NCBI GenBank assembly: GCA_045806785.1 | Contig: JBJMIR010000114.1 | Location: forward strand, 10,913-74,912 | Length of the DNA: 64,000 nucleotides | Direction: 5' to 3' | Source of the DNA: Propionibacteriaceae bacterium | GTDB lineage: Bacteria; Actinomycetota; Actinomycetes; Propionibacteriales; Propionibacteriaceae | Part shown: piece after piece, positions 63,234 through 64,000 of the stretch | Layout of the letters: every line of letters starts with the position of its first letter | Numbering within the stretch: position 1 is the first letter of the stretch | Notes under the pieces: model-generated | Database searches by the model: none | What the model was told of the DNA's origin: nothing | Seen by the model: only the letters and a program-made list of their open reading frames with translations | Translations under genes and position numbers: made by a program

Positions 63234-64000
63234 TGCAGTACGACCATGGGCGGGTCGATCTCGCAGGATTCCAGCTTCATCAAGGGGCGACGACCCCCGT
63301 CGGGCTGCCCGCAGCGCTTGATCGCCCATTTTCGGCAACCACCAAACGCGCCCAGGTCCGCGGCATCCTCGAAGATCTGATCGAGACCGAACTCAACCCT
63401 GGCGACGCCATACCCTCAGAGCGCGCGTTGGTGCTGCGCCTCGGTGTCAGCCGGGTGACGGTACGCCAGGCCATCACAGATCTCGTTTCAGCTGGGGTCC
63501 TGGAGCGCGTACACGGCAAAGGCACCTATCTGGCCGGCCCACAAGTGGATTCATGGCTGCATTTGACGTCGTTCTCGCGGGAGATGCGGGCTCGTGGCCT
63601 GGTCCCGGCAACGGTGGTGCTTTCGGCAGCCGAGCAGCCGGCCGACGATGATGTGTCCCACGCGCTGCGCATCCACCCTGGCCAGTTCGTGGTACGCGTG
63701 GAGCGCCTGCGGACCGCAGACGGCACCCCCATGGCGTACGAGGTTGGTCACTATCCGTCCGTGCTGTTCCCCGGGCTGCTGCAACGAGAACTTGGATCAC
63801 TGTATGACGTGTTCGCCAACGAGTACGGCGTCGTGGTGACCAGCGGTGAGCAGACGGTGCGAGCCGAATCGGCGGATGCCCATCGGGCACGCGTGTTGGG
63901 CATCGCAAAGCGGGCGCCGCTGCTCGTCCAGGAGCGGGTGACCTACGCGGGTGATCGGCCGATTGAGATGTCGACCTCGTGGTACCGCGCCGATCGTTAT
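63234..64000 (+). CDS. GntR-family (HutC-like, UTRA domain) transcriptional regulator; the 3' end lies outside the window
   Basis: Hand-translated because it has no stop inside the window. GAGGAGG lies before GTG 63234. Contains SERALVLRLGVSRVTVRQAITDLVSAGVLERVHGKGTYL, then UTRA-like LTSFSREMR .. YEVGHYP. Confidence 0.8.

Noticed and set aside
1-64000. CRISPR arrays, tRNA/rRNA genes, IS elements, integrases, prophage genes
   Set aside because: I scanned all intergenic gaps and the ORF translations and found none. The only tandem repeats are short (15 bp x3, 15 bp x2.5, and 9-13 bp units x3-4). No transposase- or recombinase-like protein appears in any frame.

Overview
High-GC actinobacterial chromosome segment. 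My hand-sampled core genes run about 65% G+C. The gene content, including a dnaK-grpE-dnaJ-hspR operon and clpB both preceded by HspR-type inverted repeats, suggests Propionibacteriales or a related order of Actinomycetota, but I cannot prove this without a search. All family names below come from motif recognition by eye; no search was run.

I can support about 70 protein genes. They include ion transport (K+/H+ antiporter, CorA), envelope functions (MurJ, LytR_C), a DUF1800/DUF1501 pair, and a LacI-linked GH13 plus BNR-repeat sugar cluster. There are also two consecutive FHA proteins followed by dcd, an ABC exporter, a DUF4097/RHH pair, and a membrane Fe-S reductase. Further along are an OpuC-type osmoprotectant ABC system, a stand-alone LigD-type polymerase gene (plus a partial LigD-type polymerase-domain ORF cut by the left window edge), a PadR/SHOCT/two-component/DoxX group, a belt of small detox-type genes with decayed members, the heat-shock regulon, and assorted metabolic genes.

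I saw no rRNA, tRNA, CRISPR array, transposase or integrase.

The most unusual stretch is an AT-shifted islet of about 2.7 kb at roughly 54.36-57.05 kb. It is bracketed by an intact aminotransferase gene and a decayed second copy of that gene's 5' end. It carries a near-consensus sigma70-like promoter buried in palindromic AAGTGC-type sites, two tiny ORFs (one a 35-aa single-helix membrane peptide), an XRE-HTH protein fused to an unrecognised alpha/beta domain, and a D-amino-acid-oxidase-family flavoenzyme. I flag it as the best candidate for an undescribed module, but its function is inference only.

Other points of interest:
- a LigD-polymerase gene flanked by 15-bp direct repeats, next to the remains of a two-component system
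- a TAATGAATG tandem array upstream of the opuC-like operon
- several pseudogenes and short in-frame tandem repeats
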